This document shows, piece by piece, positions 40,001 to 55,900 of a stretch of 64,000 bases of DNA. The DNA is from Eledone cirrhosa (taxonomy: Eukaryota), in the NCBI GenBank assembly GCA_964016885.1, contig OZ024742.1, forward strand, positions 377,766,001 through 377,830,000, read 5' to 3'. Within the stretch, counting starts at the first letter, position 1. Every line of letters begins with the position of its first letter. The notes beneath the pieces are model-generated. The model was not told the DNA's origin. It saw nothing but the letters and a program-made list of their open reading frames with translations, and ran no database searches. Position numbers and translations under genes: made by a program.

Positions 40001-43000
40001 TAGAACATATTTCTACTATTGTCACATGTTAACCTATCTCTACAGAAGACTAGAACATATTTCTACTCCTGTTACTTGTTACACTATCTCTACAGAAGAC
40101 TAGAACATAATTCTACTTCTGTCACTTGTTAACCTATCTCTACAGAAGGCTAGAACATGATTCTACTACTCTCACTTGTTAAACTACCTCTACAGAAGAC
40201 AAGAACATATTTCTACTTCTGTCACTTGTTAAACTACCTCAACAGAAGAATATAACACATTTCTACTTCTGTCACTTGTTAAACTATCTCTAAAGAAGAC
40301 TAGAACATATTTCTACTTCTGTCACATGTTAAACTATCTCTGCAGAAGACTAGAACATATTTCTACTCCTGTCACTCGTTAAATTATCTCTACAGAAGAC
40401 TAGAAAATAATTCTACTTCTATCACATGTTAAACTATCTCTACAGAAGACTAGAACATAATTCTACTTCTGTCACTTGTTAAACTATCTCTACAGTAGGC
40501 TAGAACATAATTCTACTTCTTTCACATGTTAAACTATATCTACAGAAGACTAGAACATAATTCTACTTCTGTCACTTGTTAACCTATCTCTACAGATGAC
40601 TAGAACATAATTCTACTTCTTTCACTTGTTAAACTATCTCTACAGAAGACTAGAACATATTTCTACTATTGTCACATGTTAACCTATCTCTACAGAAGAC
40701 TAGAACATAATTCTACTTCTGTCACATGTTAAACTATCTCTACAGAAGACTAGAACATATTTCTACTTCTGTCACTTGTTAAACTATCTCTACAGAAGAC
40801 TAGAACATATTTCTAAATCTGTCACTTGTTAAACTATCTCTACAGAAGACTAGAACATATTTCTACTTCTGTCACTTGTTAAACTATCTCTGCAGAAGAC
40901 TAGAACGTAGAACATATTTCTACTTCTGTCACTTGTTAAACTACCTCTACAGAAGACTAAATCATATTTCTACTTCTGTCACTTGTTAAACTATCTCTAC
41001 AGAAGACTAGAACATGATTCTACTACTCTCACTTGTTAAACTACCTCTACAGAAGACAAGAACATATTTCTACTTCTGTCACTTGTTAAACTACCTCAAC
41101 AGAAGAATAGAACACATTTCTACTTCTGTCACTTGTTAAACTATCTCTAAAGAAGACTAGAACATATTTCTACTTCTGTCACATGTTAAACTATCTCTGC
41201 AGAAGACTAGAACATATTTCTACTCCTGTCACTCGTTAAATTATCTCTACAGAACACTAGAAAATAATTCTACTTCTTTCACATGTTAAACTATCTCTAC
41301 AGAAGACTAGAACATAATTCTACTTCTTTCACATGTTAAACCATCTCTACAGAAGACTAGAACATAATTCTACTTCTGTCACTTGTTAAACTATCTCTAC
41401 AGAACGCTAGAACATAATTCTACTTCTTTCACATGTTAAACTATATCTACAGAGGACTAGAACATAATTCTACTTCTGTCACTTGTTAACCTATCTCTAC
41501 AGATGACTAGAACATAATTCTACTTCTTTCACTTGTTAAACTATCTCTACAGAAGACTAGAACATATTTCTACTATTGTCACATGTTAACCTATCTCTAC
41601 AGAAGACTAGAACATAATTCTACTTCTGTCACATGTTAAACTATCTCTACAGAAGACTAGAACATATTTCTACTTCTGTCACTTGTTAAACTATCTCTAC
41701 AGAAGACTAGAACATATTTCTAAATCTGTCACTTGTTAAACTATCTCTACAGAAGACTAGAACATATTTCTACTTCTGTCACTTGTTAAACTATCTCTAC
41801 AGAAGACTAGAATGTAGAACATATTTCTACTTCTGTCACTTGTTAAACTACCTCTACAGAAGACTAAATCATATTTCTACTTCTGTCACTTGTTAAACTA
41901 TCTCTACAGAAGACAAAACATAATTCTACTACTTTCACTTGTTAAACTATCTCTACAGAAGACTAGAACATAATTCTACTTCTTTCACTTGTTAAACTAT
42001 CTCTACAGAAGACTAGAACAGAATTCTACTTCTGTCACTTGTTAAACTATCTCTACAGAAGACTAGAACATAATTCTACTTCTTTCACTTGTTAAACTAT
42101 CTCTACAGAAGACTAGAACATAGAACATATTTCTACTTCTGTCACTTGTTAAACTATCTCTACAGAAGACTAAAACATATTTCTACTTCTGTCACATGTT
42201 AAACTATCTCTACAGAAGACTAGAACATAATTCCACTTCTGTAACTTGTTAAACTATCTCTACAGAATACTAGAACTTATTTCTACTTCTGTCACATGAT
42301 AAACTATCTCTACAGAAGACTAGAACATATTTCTACTTCTGTCACTTGTTAAACTATCTCTACAGAAGACTAGAACATATTTCTACTTCTGTCACTTGTT
42401 AAACTATCTCTACAGAAGACTAGAACATAATTCTACTTCTGTCACTTGTTAAACTATCTCTACAGAACACTAGAAAATAATTCTACTTCTTTCACATGTT
42501 AAACTATCTCTACAGAAGACTAGAACATAATTCTACTTCTTTCACATGTTAAACCATCTCTACAGAAGACTAGAACATAATTCTACTTCTGTCACTTGTT
42601 AAACTATCTCTACAGAAGGCTAGAACATAATTCTACTTCTTTCACGTGTTAAACTATATCTACAGAAGACTAGAACATAATTCTACTTCTGTCACTTGTT
42701 AACCTATCTCTACAGATGACTAGACATAATTCTACTTCTTTCACTTGTTAAACTATCTCTACAGAAGACTAGAACATATTTCTACTATTGTCACATGTTA
42801 ACCTATCTCTACAGAAGACTAGAACATAATTCTACTTCTGTCACATGTTAAACTATCTCTACAGAAGACTAGAACATATTTCTACTTCTGTCACTTGTTA
42901 AACTATCTCTACAGAAGACTAGAACATATTTCTAAATCTGTCACTTGTTAAACTATCTCTACAGAAGACTAGAACATATTTCTACTTCTGTCACTTGTTA

Positions 43001-46000
43001 AACTATCTCTACAGAAGACTAGAACGTAGAACATATTTCTACTTCTGTCACTTGTTAAACTACCTCTACAGAAGACTAAATCATATTTGTATTTCTGTCA
43101 CTTGTTAAACTATCTCTACAGAAGACAAAACATAATTCTACTACTTTCACTTGTTAAACTATCTCTACAGAAGACTAGAACATAATTCTACTTCTTTCAC
43201 TTGTTAAACTATCTCTACAGAAGACTAAAACATATTTCTACTTATGTCACTTGTTAAACTATCTCTACAGAAGACTAGAACATAATTCTACTTCTTTCAC
43301 TTGTTAAACTATCTCTACAGAAGACTAGAACATAATTCTTCTTCTTTCACTTGTTAAACTATCTCTACAGAAGACTAGAACATAATTCTACTTCTGTCAC
43401 TTGTTAAACTATCTCTACAGAAGACTATAACATAATTCTACTTCTTTCACATGTTAAACCATCTCTACAGAAGACTAGAACATATTTCTACTATTGTCAC
43501 TTGTTAACTTATCTCTACAGAAGACTAGAACATAATTCTACTTCTTTCACTTGTTAAACTATCTCTACAGAAGACTAGAACATAATTCTACTTCTTTCAC
43601 TTGTTAAACTATCTCTACAGAAGACTAGAACATAATTCTACTTCTGTCACTTGTTAAACTATCTCTACAGAAGGCTAGAACATAATTCTACTTCTTTCAC
43701 TTGTTAAACTATCTCTACAGAAGACTAGAACATAATTCTACTCCTGTCACTCGTTAAATTATCTCTACAGAAGACTAGAAAATAATTCTACTTCTATCAC
43801 ATGTTAAACTATCTCTACAGAAGACTAGAACATAATTCTACTTCTTTCACATGTTAAACTATCTCTACAGATGACTAGAACATAATTCTACTTCTTTCAC
43901 ATGTTAAACTATCTCTACAGAAGACTAGAACATAATTCTACTTCTGTCACTTGTTAACCTATCTCTACAGATTACTAGAACATAATTCTACTTCTTTCAC
44001 TTGTTAAACTATCTCTACAGAAGACTAGAACATATTTCTACTATTGTCACATGTTAACCTATCTCTACAGAAGACTAGAACATATTTCTACTCCTGTTAC
44101 TTGTTACACTATCTCTACAGAAGACTAGAACATAATTCTACTTCTGTCACTTGTTAACCTATCTCTACAGAAGGCTAGAACATGATTCTACTACTCTCAC
44201 TTGTTAAACTACCTCTACAGAAGACAAGAACATATTTCTACTTCTGTCACTTGTTAAACTACCTCAACAGAAGAATATAACACATTTCTACTTCTGTCAC
44301 TTGTTAAACTATCTCTAAAGAAGACTAGAACATATTTCTACTTCTGTCACATGTTAAACTATCTCTGCAGAAGACTAGAACATATTTCTACTCCTGTCAC
44401 TCGTTAAATTATCTCTACAGAAGACTAGAAAATAATTCTACTTCTATCACATGTTAAACTATCTCTACAGAAGACTAGAACATAATTCTACTTCTGTCAC
44501 TTGTTAAACTATCTCTACAGTAGGCTAGAACATAATTCTACTTCTTTCACATGTTAAACTATATCTACAGAAGACTAGAACATAATTCTACTTCTGTCAC
44601 TTGTTAACCTATCTCTACAGATGACTAGAACATAATTCTACTTCTTTCACTTGTTAAACTATCTCTACAGAAGACTAGAACATATTTCTACTATTGTCAC
44701 ATGTTAACCTATCTCTACAGAAGACTAGAACATAATTCTACTTCTGTCACATGTTAAACTATCTCTACAGAAGACTAGAACATATTTCTACTTCTGTCAC
44801 TTGTTAAACTATCTCTACAGAAGACTAGAACATATTTCTAAATCTGTCACTTGTTAAACTATCTCTACAGAAGACTAGAACATATTTCTACTTCTGTCAC
44901 TTGTTAAACTATCTCTGCAGAAGACTAGAACGTAGAACATATTTCTACTTCTGTCACTTGTTAAACTACCTCTACAGAAGACTAAATCATATTTCTACTT
45001 CTGTCACTTGTTAAACTATCTCTACAGAAGACTAGAACATGATTCTACTACTCTCACTTGTTAAACTACCTCTACAGAAGACAAGAACATATTTCTACTT
45101 CTGTCACTTGTTAAACTACCTCAACAGAAGAATAGAACACATTTCTACTTCTGTCACTTGTTAAACTATCTCTAAAGAAGACTAGAACATATTTCTACTT
45201 CTGTCACATGTTAAACTATCTCTGCAGAAGACTAGAACATATTTCTACTCCTGTCACTCGTTAAATTATCTCTACAGAACACTAGAAAATAATTCTACTT
45301 CTTTCACATGTTAAACTATCTCTACAGAAGACTAGAACATAATTCTACTTCTTTCACATGTTAAACCATCTCTACAGAAGACTAGAACATAATTCTACTT
45401 CTGTCACTTGTTAAACTATCTCTACAGAACGCTAGAACATAATTCTACTTCTTTCACATGTTAAACTATATCTACAGAGGACTAGAACATAATTCTACTT
45501 CTGTCACTTGTTAACCTATCTCTACAGATGACTAGAACATAATTCTACTTCTTTCACTTGTTAAACTATCTCTACAGAAGACTAGAACATATTTCTACTA
45601 TTGTCACATGTTAACCTATCTCTACAGAAGACTAGAACATAATTCTACTTCTGTCACATGTTAAACTATCTCTACAGAAGACTAGAACATATTTCTACTT
45701 CTGTCACTTGTTAAACTATCTCTACAGAAGACTAGAACATATTTCTAAATCTGTCACTTGTTAAACTATCTCTACAGAAGACTAGAACATATTTCTACTT
45801 CTGTCACTTGTTAAACTATCTCTACAGAAGACTAGAATGTAGAACATATTTCTACTTCTGTCACTTGTTAAACTACCTCTACAGAAGACTAAATCATATT
45901 TCTACTTCTGTCACTTGTTAAACTATCTCTACAGAAGACAAAACATAATTCTACTACTTTCACTTGTTAAACTATCTCTACAGAAGACTAGAACATAATT

Positions 46001-47700
46001 CTACTTCTTTCACTTGTTAAACTATCTCTACAGAAGACTAGAACAGAATTCTACTTCTGTCACTTGTTAAACTATCTCTACAGAAGACTAGAACATAATT
46101 CTACTTCTTTCACTTGTTAAACTATCTCTACAGAAGACTAGAACATAGAACATATTTCTACTTCTGTCACTTGTTAAACTATCTCTACAGAAGACTAAAA
46201 CATATTTCTACTTCTGTCACATGTTAAACTATCTCTACAGAAGACTAGAACATAATTCCACTTCTGTAACTTGTTAAACTATCTCTACAGAATACTAGAA
46301 CTTATTTCTACTTCTGTCACATGATAAACTATCTCTACAGAAGACTAGAACATATTTCTACTTCTGTCACTTGTTAAACTATCTCTACAGAAGACTAGAA
46401 CATATTTCTACTTCTGTCACTTGTTAAACTATCTCTACAGAAGACTAGAACATAATTCTACTTCTGTCACTTGTTAAACTATCTCTACAGAAGACTAGAA
46501 CATAATTCTACTTCTTTCACTTGTTAAACTATCTCTACAGAAGACTAGAACATAATTCTACTTCTTTCACTTGTTAATCTATCTCTACAGAAGACTAGAA
46601 CATAATCCTACTTCTGTCACTTGTTAAACTATCTCTACAGAAGACTAGAACATAGAACATATTTCTACTTCTGTTACTTGTTACACTATCTCTACAGAAG
46701 ACTAGAACATGATTCTACTACACTCACTTGTTAAACTACCTCTACAGAAGACAAGAACATATTTCTACTTCTGTCACTTGTTAAACTACCTCAACAGAAG
46801 AATAGAACACATTTCTACTTCTGTCACTTGTTAAACTATCTCTAAAGAAGACTAGAACATATTTCTACTTCTGTCACATGTTAAACTATCTCTGCAGAAG
46901 ACTAGAACATATTTCTACTCCTGTCACTCGTTAAATTATCTCTACAGAACACTAGAAAATAATTCTACTTCTTTCACATGTTAAACTATCTCTACAGAAG
47001 ACTAGAACATAATTCTACTTCTTTCACATGTTAAACCATCTCTACAGAAGACTAGAACATAATTCTACTTCTGTCACTTGTTAAACTATCTCTACAGAAG
47101 GCTAGAACATAATTCTACTTCTTTCACGTGTTAAACTATATCTACAGAAGACTAGAACATAATTCTACTTCTGTCACTTGTTAACCTATCTCTACAGATG
47201 ACTAGAACATAATTCTACTTCTTTCACTTGTTAAACTATCTCTACAGAAGACTAGAACATATTTCTACTATTGTCACATGTTAACCTATCTCTACAGAAG
47301 ACTAGAACATAATTCTACTTCTGTCACATGTTAAACTATCTCTACAGAAGACTAGAACATATTTCTACTTCTGTCACTTGTTAAACTATCTCTACAGAAG
47401 ACTAGAACATATTTCTAAATCTGTCACTTGTTAAACTATCTCTACAGAAGACTAGAACATATTTCTACTTCTGTCACTTGTTAAACTATCTCTACAGAAG
47501 ACTAGAACGTAGAACATATTTCTACTTCTGTCACTTGTTAAACTACCTCTACAGAAGACTAAATCATATTTGTATTTCTGTCACTTGTTAAACTATCTCT
47601 ACAGAAGACAAAACATAATTCTACTACTTTCACTTGTTAAACTATCTCTACAGAAGACTAGAACATAATTCTACTTCTTTCACTTGTTAAACTATCTCTA
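39190..47700. repeat. ~4.0/4.5-kb tandem duplication (second copy ~457 bp longer)
   Basis: Offset +4025: acttAtgt 39219/43244, cagatTac 39946/43971, ctcaac 40238/44263, cagTaggc 40496/44521, aaTgtag 41811/45836. Later markers are at +4482/4483 (cacGtg 42646/47128; tttGtatt 43089/47572). Confidence 0.9.
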
Positions 47701-50700
47701 CAGAAGACTAGAACATAATTCTACTTCTTTCACTTGTTAAACTATCTCTACAGAAGACTAGAACATAGAACATATTTCTACTTCTGTCACTTGTTAAACT
47801 ATCTCTACAGAAGACTAAAACATATTTCTACTTCTGTCACTTGTTAAACTATCTCTACAGAAGACTAGAACATAATTCTACTTCTCTCACTTGTTAAACT
47901 ATCTCTACAGAAGACTAGAACATAACTCCACTTCTGTAACTTGTTAAACTATCTCTACAGAATACTAGAACTTATTTCTACTTCTGTCACATGATAAACT
48001 ATCTCTACAGAAGACTAGAACATATTTCTAGTTCTGTCACTTGTTAAACTATCTCTACAGAAGACTAGAACATATTTCTACTTCTGTCACTTGTTAAACT
48101 ATCTCTACAGAAGACTAGAACATAATTCTACTTCTGTCACTTGTTAAACTATCTCTACAGAAGACTAGAACATAATTCTACTTCTTTCACTTGTTAAACT
48201 ATCTCTACAGAAGACTAGAACATAATTCTACTTCTTTCACTTGTTAATCTATCTCTACAGAAGACTAGAACATAATTCTACTTCTGTCACTTGTTAAACT
48301 ATCTCTACAGAAGACTAGAACATAATTCTACATCTGTCACTTGTTAAACTATCTCTACAGAAGACTAGAACTAATTTCTACTTCTGTCAGTTGTTAAACT
48401 ATCACTAAAGAAGACTTGAACATATTTCTACTTCTGTCACTTGTTAAACTATCTCTACAGAAGACTAGAACATAGAACATATTTCTGCTTCTGTCACTTG
48501 TTAAAGTATCTCTACAGAAGACTAGAACATATTACTACTTCTGTCACTTGTTAAACTATCTCTACAAAAGACTAGAACATATTTCTACTACTGTCCCTTG
48601 TTAAACTCGCTCTACAGAAGACTAGAACATATTTCTACTACTGTCCCTTGTTAAACTATCTCTACAGAAGACTAGAACATATTTCTACTTCTGTCACTTG
48701 TTAAACTATCTCTACAGAAGACTAGAACGTAGAACATATTTCTACTTCTGTCACTTGTTAAACTACCTCTACAGAAGACTAAATCATATTTCTACTTCTG
48801 TCACTTGTTAAACTATCTCTACAGAAGACTAGAGCATGATTCTACTACTCTCACTTGTTAAACTACCTCTACAGAAGACAAGAACATATTTCTACTTCTG
48901 TCACTTGTTAAACTACCTCAACAGAAGAATAGAACACATTTCTACTTCTGTCACGTGTTAAACTATCTCTAAAGAAGACTAGAACATATTTCTACTTCTG
49001 TCACATGTTAAACTATCTCTGCAGAAGACTAGAACATATTTCTACTCCTGTCACTCGTTAAATTATCTCTACAGAACACTAGAAAATAATTCTACTTCTT
49101 TCACATGTTAAACTATCTCTACAGAAGACTAGAACATAATTCTACTTCTGTCACTTGTTAAACTATCTCTACAGAACGCTAGAACATAATTCTACTTCTT
49201 TCACATGTTAAACTATATCTACAGAGGACTAGAACATAATTCTACTTCTGTCACTTGTTAACCTATCTCTACAGATGACTAGAACATAATTCTACTTCTT
49301 TCACTTGTTAAACTATCTCTACAGAAGACTAGAACATAGTTCTACTATTGTCACATGTTAACCTATCTCTACAGAAGACTAGAACATAATTCTACTTCTG
49401 TCACATGTTAAACTATCTCTACAGAAGACTAGAACATATTTCTACTTCTGTCACTTGTTAAACTATCTCTACAGAAGACTAGAACATATTTCTAAATCTG
49501 TCACTTGTTAAACTATCTCTACAGAAGACTAGAACATATTTCTACTTCTGTCACTTGTTAAACTATCTCTACAGAAGACTAGAACGTAGAACATATTTCT
49601 ACTTCTGTCACTTGTTAAACTACCTCTACAGAAGACTAAATCATATTTCTACTTCTGTCACTTGTTAAACTATCTCTACAGAAGACTAAAACATATTTCT
49701 ACTTCTGTCACTTGTTAAACTATCTCTACAGAAGACTAGAACATATTTCTACTTCTTTCACTTGTTAAACTATCTCTACAGAAGACTAGAACATAATTCT
49801 ACTTCTTTCACTTGTTAAACTATCTCTACAGAAGACTAGAACATAATCCTACTTCTGTCACTTGTTAAACTATCTCTACAGAAGACTAGAACATAGAACA
49901 TATTTCTACTTCTGTTACTTGTTACACTATCTCTACAGAAGACTAGAACATGATTCTACTACTCTCACTTGTTAAACTACCTCTACAGAAGACAAGAACA
50001 TATTTCTACTTCTGTCACTTGTTAAACTACCTCAACAGAAGAATAGAACACATTTCTACTTCTGTCACTTGTTAAACTATCTCTACAGAAGACTAGAACA
50101 TAATTCTACTTCTCTCACTTGTTAAACTATCTCTACAGAAGACTAGAACATAATTCCACTTCTGTAACTTGTTAAACTATCTCTACAGAATACTAGAACT
50201 TATTTCTACTTCTGTCACATGATAAACTATCTCTACAGAAGACTAGAACATATTTCTAGTTCTGTCACTTGTTAAACTATCTCTACAGAAGACTAGAACA
50301 TATTTCTACTTCTGTCACTTGTTAAACTATCTCTACAGAAGACTAGAACATAATTCTACTTCTGTCACTTGTTAAACTATCTCTACAGAAGACTAGAACA
50401 TAATTCTACTTCTTTCACTTGTTAAACTATCTCTACAGAAGACTAGAACATAATTCTACTTCTTTCACTTGTTAATCTATCTCTACAGAAGACTAGAACA
50501 TAATTCTACTTCTGTCACTTGTTAAACTATCTCTACAGAAGACTAGAACATAATTCTACTTCTGTCACTTGTTAAACTATCTCTACAGAAGACTAGAACT
50601 AATTTCTACTTCTGTCAGTTGTTAAACTATCACTAAAGAAGACTTGAACATATTTCTACTTCTGTCACTTGTTAAACTATCTCTACAGAAGACTAGAACA

Positions 50701-53700
50701 TAGAACATATTTCTGCTTCTGTCACTTGTTAAAGTATCTCTACAGAAGACTAGAACATATTACTACTTCTGTCACTTGTTAAACTATCTCTACAAAAGAC
50801 TAGAACATATTTCTACTACTGTCCCTTGTTAAACTCGCTCTACAGAAGACTAGAACATATTTCTACTACTGTCCCTTGTTAAACTATCTCTACAGAAGAC
50901 TAGAACATATTTCTACTTCTGTCACTTGTTAAACTATCTCTACAGAAGACTAGAACATAATTCCACTTCTGTAACTTGTTAAACTATCTCTACAGCATAC
51001 TAGAACTTATTTCTACTTCTGTCACATGATAAACTATCTCTACAGAAGACTAGAACATATTTCTACTTCTGTCACTTGTTAAACTATCTCTACAGAAGAC
51101 TAGAACATATTTCTACTTCTGTCACTTGTTAAACTATCTCTACAGAAGACTAGAACATAATTCTACTTCTGTCACTTGTTAAACTATCTCTACAGAAGAC
51201 TAGAACATAATTCTACTTCTTTCACTTGTTAAACTATCTCTACAGAAGACTAGAACATAATTCTACTTCTTTCACTTGTTAATCTATCTCTACAGAAGAC
51301 TAGAACATAATTCTACTTCTGTCACTTGTTAAACTATCTCTACAGAAGACTAAAACATATTTCTACTTCTGTCACTTGTTAAACTATCTCTACAGAAGAC
51401 TAGAACATATTTCTACTTCTTTCACTTGTTAAACTATCTCTACAGAAGACTAGAACATAATTCTACTTCTTTCACTTGTTAAACTATCTCTACAGAAGAC
51501 TAGAACATAATCCTACTTCTGTCACTTGTTAAACTATCTCTACAGAAGACTAGAACATAGAACATATTTCTACTTCTGTTACTTGTTACACTATCTCTAC
51601 AGAAGACTAGAACATGATTCTACTACTCTCACTTGTTAAACTACCTCTACAGAAGACAAGAACATATTTCTACTTCTGTCACTTGTTAAACTACCTCAAC
51701 AGAAGAATAGAACACATTTCTACTTCTGTCACTTGTTAAACTATCTCTAAAGAAGACTAGAACATATTTCTACTTCTGTCACATGTTAAACTATCTCTGC
51801 AGAAGACTAGAACATATTTCTACTCCTGTCACTCGTTAAATTATCTCTACAGAACACTAGAAAATAATTCTACTTCTTTCACATGTTAAACTATCTCTAC
51901 AGAAGACTAGAACATAATTCTACTTCTTTCACATGTTAAACCATCTCTACAGAAGACTAGAACATAATTCTACTTCTGTCACTTGTTAAACTATCTCTAC
52001 AGAAGGCTAGAACATAATTCTACTTCTTTCACGTGTTAAACTATATCTACAGAAGACTAGAACATAATTCTACTTCTGTCACTTGTTAACCTATCTCTAC
52101 AGATGACTAGAACATAATTCTACTTCTTTCACTTGTTAAACTATCTCTACAGAAGACTAGAACATATTTCTACTATTGTCACATGTTAACCTATCTCTAC
52201 AGAAGACTAGAACATAATTCTACTTCTGTCACATGTTAAACTATCTCTACAGAAGACTAGAACATATTTCTACTTCTGTCACTTGTTAAACTATCTCTAC
52301 AGAAGACTAGAACATATTTCTAAATCTGTCACTTGTTAAACTATCTCTACAGAAGACTAGAACATATTTCTACTTCTGTCACTTGTTAAACTATCTCTAC
52401 AGAAGACTAGAACGTAGAACATATTTCTACTTCTGTCACTTGTTAAACTACCTCTACAGAAGACTAAATCATATTTCTATTTCTGTCACTTGTTAAACTA
52501 TCTCTACAGAAGACAAAACATAATTCTACTACTGTCACTTGTTAAACTATCTCTACAGAAGACTAGAACATAATTCTACTTCTTTCACTTGTTAAACTAT
52601 CTCTACAGAAGACTAGAACATAATTCTACTTCTTTCACTTGTTAAACTATCTCTACAGAAGACTAGAACATAGAACATATTTCTACTTCTGTCACTTGTT
52701 AAACTATCTCTACAGAAGACTAAAACATATTTCTACTTCTGTCACTTGTTAAACTATCTCTACAGAAGACTAGAACATAATTCTACTTCTCTCACTTGTT
52801 AAACTATCTCTACAGAAGACTAGAACATAATTCAACTTCTGTAACTTGTTAAACTATCTCTACAGAATACTAGAACTTATTTCTACTTCTGTCACATGAT
52901 AAACTATCTCTACAGAAGACTAGAACATATTTCTAGTTCTGTCACTTGTTAAACTATCTCTACAGAAGACTAGAACATATTTCTACTTCTGTCACTTGTT
53001 AAACTATCTCTACAGAAGACTAGAACATAATTCTACTTCTGTCACTTGTTAAACTATCTCTACAGAAGACTAGAACATAATTCTACTTCTTTCACTTGTT
53101 AAACTATCTCTACAGAAGACTAGAACATAATTCTACTTCTTTCACTTGTTAATCTATCTCTACAGAAGACTAGAACATAATTCTACTTCTGTCACTTGTT
53201 AAACTATCTCTACAGAAGACTAGAACATAATTCTACATCTGTCACTTGTTAAACTATCTCTACAGAAGACTAGAACTAATTTCTACTTCTGTCAGTTGTT
53301 AAACTATCACTAAAGAAGACTTGAACATATTTCTACTTCTGTCACTTGTTAAACTATCTCTACAGAAGACTAGAACATAGAACATATTTCTGCTTCTGTC
53401 ACTTGTTAAAGTATCTCTACAGAAGACTAGAACATATTACTACTTCTGTCACTTGTTAAACTATCTCTACAAAAGACTAGAACATATTTCTACTACTGTC
53501 CCTTGTTAAACTCGCTCTACAGAAGACTAGAACATATTTCTACTACTGTCCCTTGTTAAACTATCTCTACAGAAGACTAGAACATATTTCTACTTCTGTC
53601 ACTTGTTAAACTATCTCTACAGAAGACTAGAACGTAGAACATATTTCTACTTCTGTCACTTGTTAAACTACCTCTACAGAAGACTAAATCATATTTCTAC

Positions 53701-55900
53701 TTCTGTCACTTGTTAAACTATCTCTACAGAAGACTAGAACATGATTCTACTACTCTCACTTGTTAAACTACCTCTACAGAAGACAAGAACATATTTCTAC
53801 TTCTGTCACTTGTTAAACTACCTCAACAGAAGAATAGAACACATTTCTACTTCTGTCACGTGTTAAACTATCTCTAAAGAAGACTAGAACATATTTCTAC
53901 TTCTGTCACATGTTAAACTATCTCTGCAGAAGACTAGAACATATTTCTACTCCTGTCACTCGTTAAATTATCTCTACAGAACACTAGAAAATAATTCTAC
54001 TTCTTTCACATGTTAAACTATCTCTACAGAAGAGTAGAACATAATTCTACTTCTTTCACATGTTAAACCATCTCTACAGAAGACTAGAACATAATTCTAC
54101 TTCTGTCACTTGTTAAACTATCTCTACAGAACGCTAGAACATAATTCTACTTCTTTCACATGTTAAACTATATCTACAGAGGACTAGAACATAATTCTAC
54201 TTCTGTCACTTGTTAACCTATCTCTACAGATGACTAGAACATAATTCTACTTCTTTCACTTGTTAAACTATCTCTACAGAAGACTAGAACATAGTTCTAC
54301 TATTGTCACATGTTAACCTATCTCTACAGAAGACTAGAACATAATTCTACTTCTGTCACATGTTAAACTATCTCTACAGAAGACTAGAACATATTTCTAC
54401 TTCTGTCACTTGTTAAACTATCTCTACAGAAGACTAGAACATATTTCTAAATCTGTCACTTGTTAAACTATCTCTACAGAAGACTAGAACATATTTCTAC
54501 TTCTGTCACTTGTTAAACTATCTCTACAGAAGACTAGAACGTAGAACATATTTCTACTTCTGTCACTTGTTAAACTACCTCTACAGAAGACTAAATCATA
54601 TTTCTACTTCTGTCACTTGTTAAACTATCTCTACAGAAGACTAAAACATATTTCTACTTCTGTCACTTGTTAAACTATCTCTACAGAAGACTAGAACATA
54701 TTTCTACTTCTTTCACTTGTTAAACTATCTCTACAGAAGACTAGAACATAATTCTACTTCTTTCACTTGTTAAACTATCTCTACAGAAGACTAGAACATA
54801 ATCCTACTTCTGTCACTTGTTAAACTATCTCTACAGAAGACTAGAACATAGAACATATTTCTACTTCTGTTACTTGTTACACTATCTCTACAGAAGACTA
54901 GAACATGATTCTACTACTCTCACTTGTTAAACTACCTCTACAGAAGACAAGAACATATTTCTACTTCTGTCACTTGTTAAACTACCTCAACAGAAGAATA
55001 GAACACATTTCTACTTCTGTCACTTGTTAAACTATCTCTACAGAAGACTAGAACATAATTCTACTTCTCTCACTTGTTAAACTATCTCTACAGAAGACTA
55101 GAACATAATTCCACTTCTGTAACTTGTTAAACTATCTCTACAGAATACTAGAACTTATTTCTACTTCTGTCACATGATAAACTATCTCTACAGAAGACTA
55201 GAACATATTTCTAGTTCTGTCACTTGTTAAACTATCTCTACAGAAGACTAGAACATATTTCTACTTCTGTCACTTGTTAAACTATCTCTACAGAAGACTA
55301 GAACATAATTCTACTTCTGTCACTTGTTAAACTATCTCTACAGAAGACTAGAACATAATTCTACTTCTTTCACTTGTTAAACTATCTCTACAGAAGACTA
55401 GAACATAATTCTACTTCTTTCACTTGTTAATCCATCTCTACAGAAGACTAGAACATAATTCTACTTCTGTCACTTGTTAAACTATCTCTACAGAAGACTA
55501 GAACATAATTCTACTTCTGTCACTTGTTAAACTATCTCTACAGAAGACTAGAACTAATTTCTACTTCTGTCAGTTGTTAAACTATCACTAAAGAAGACTT
55601 GAACATATTTCTACTTCTGTCACTTGTTAAACTATCTCTACAGAAGACTAGAACGTAGAACATATTTCTGCTTCTGTCACTTGTTAAAGTATCTCTACAG
55701 AAGACTAGAACATATTACTACTTCTGTCACTTGTTAAACTATCTCTACAAAAGACTAGAACATATTTCTACTACTGTCCCTTGTTAAACTCGCTCTACAG
55801 AAGACTAGAACATATTTCTACTACTGTCCCTTGTTAAACTATCTCTACAGAAGACTAGAACATATTTCTACTTCTGTCACTTGTTAAACTATCTCTACAG
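46500..55900. repeat. ~4.9-kb higher-order repeat, about 2 tandem copies
   Basis: Offset +4905: ctcaac 46790/51695 and 48917/53822, cacGtg 47128/52033 and 48955/53860, cagttg 48388/53293. After a one-monomer indel the offset is +4955 (50031/54986; 50616/55571). Confidence 0.88.
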
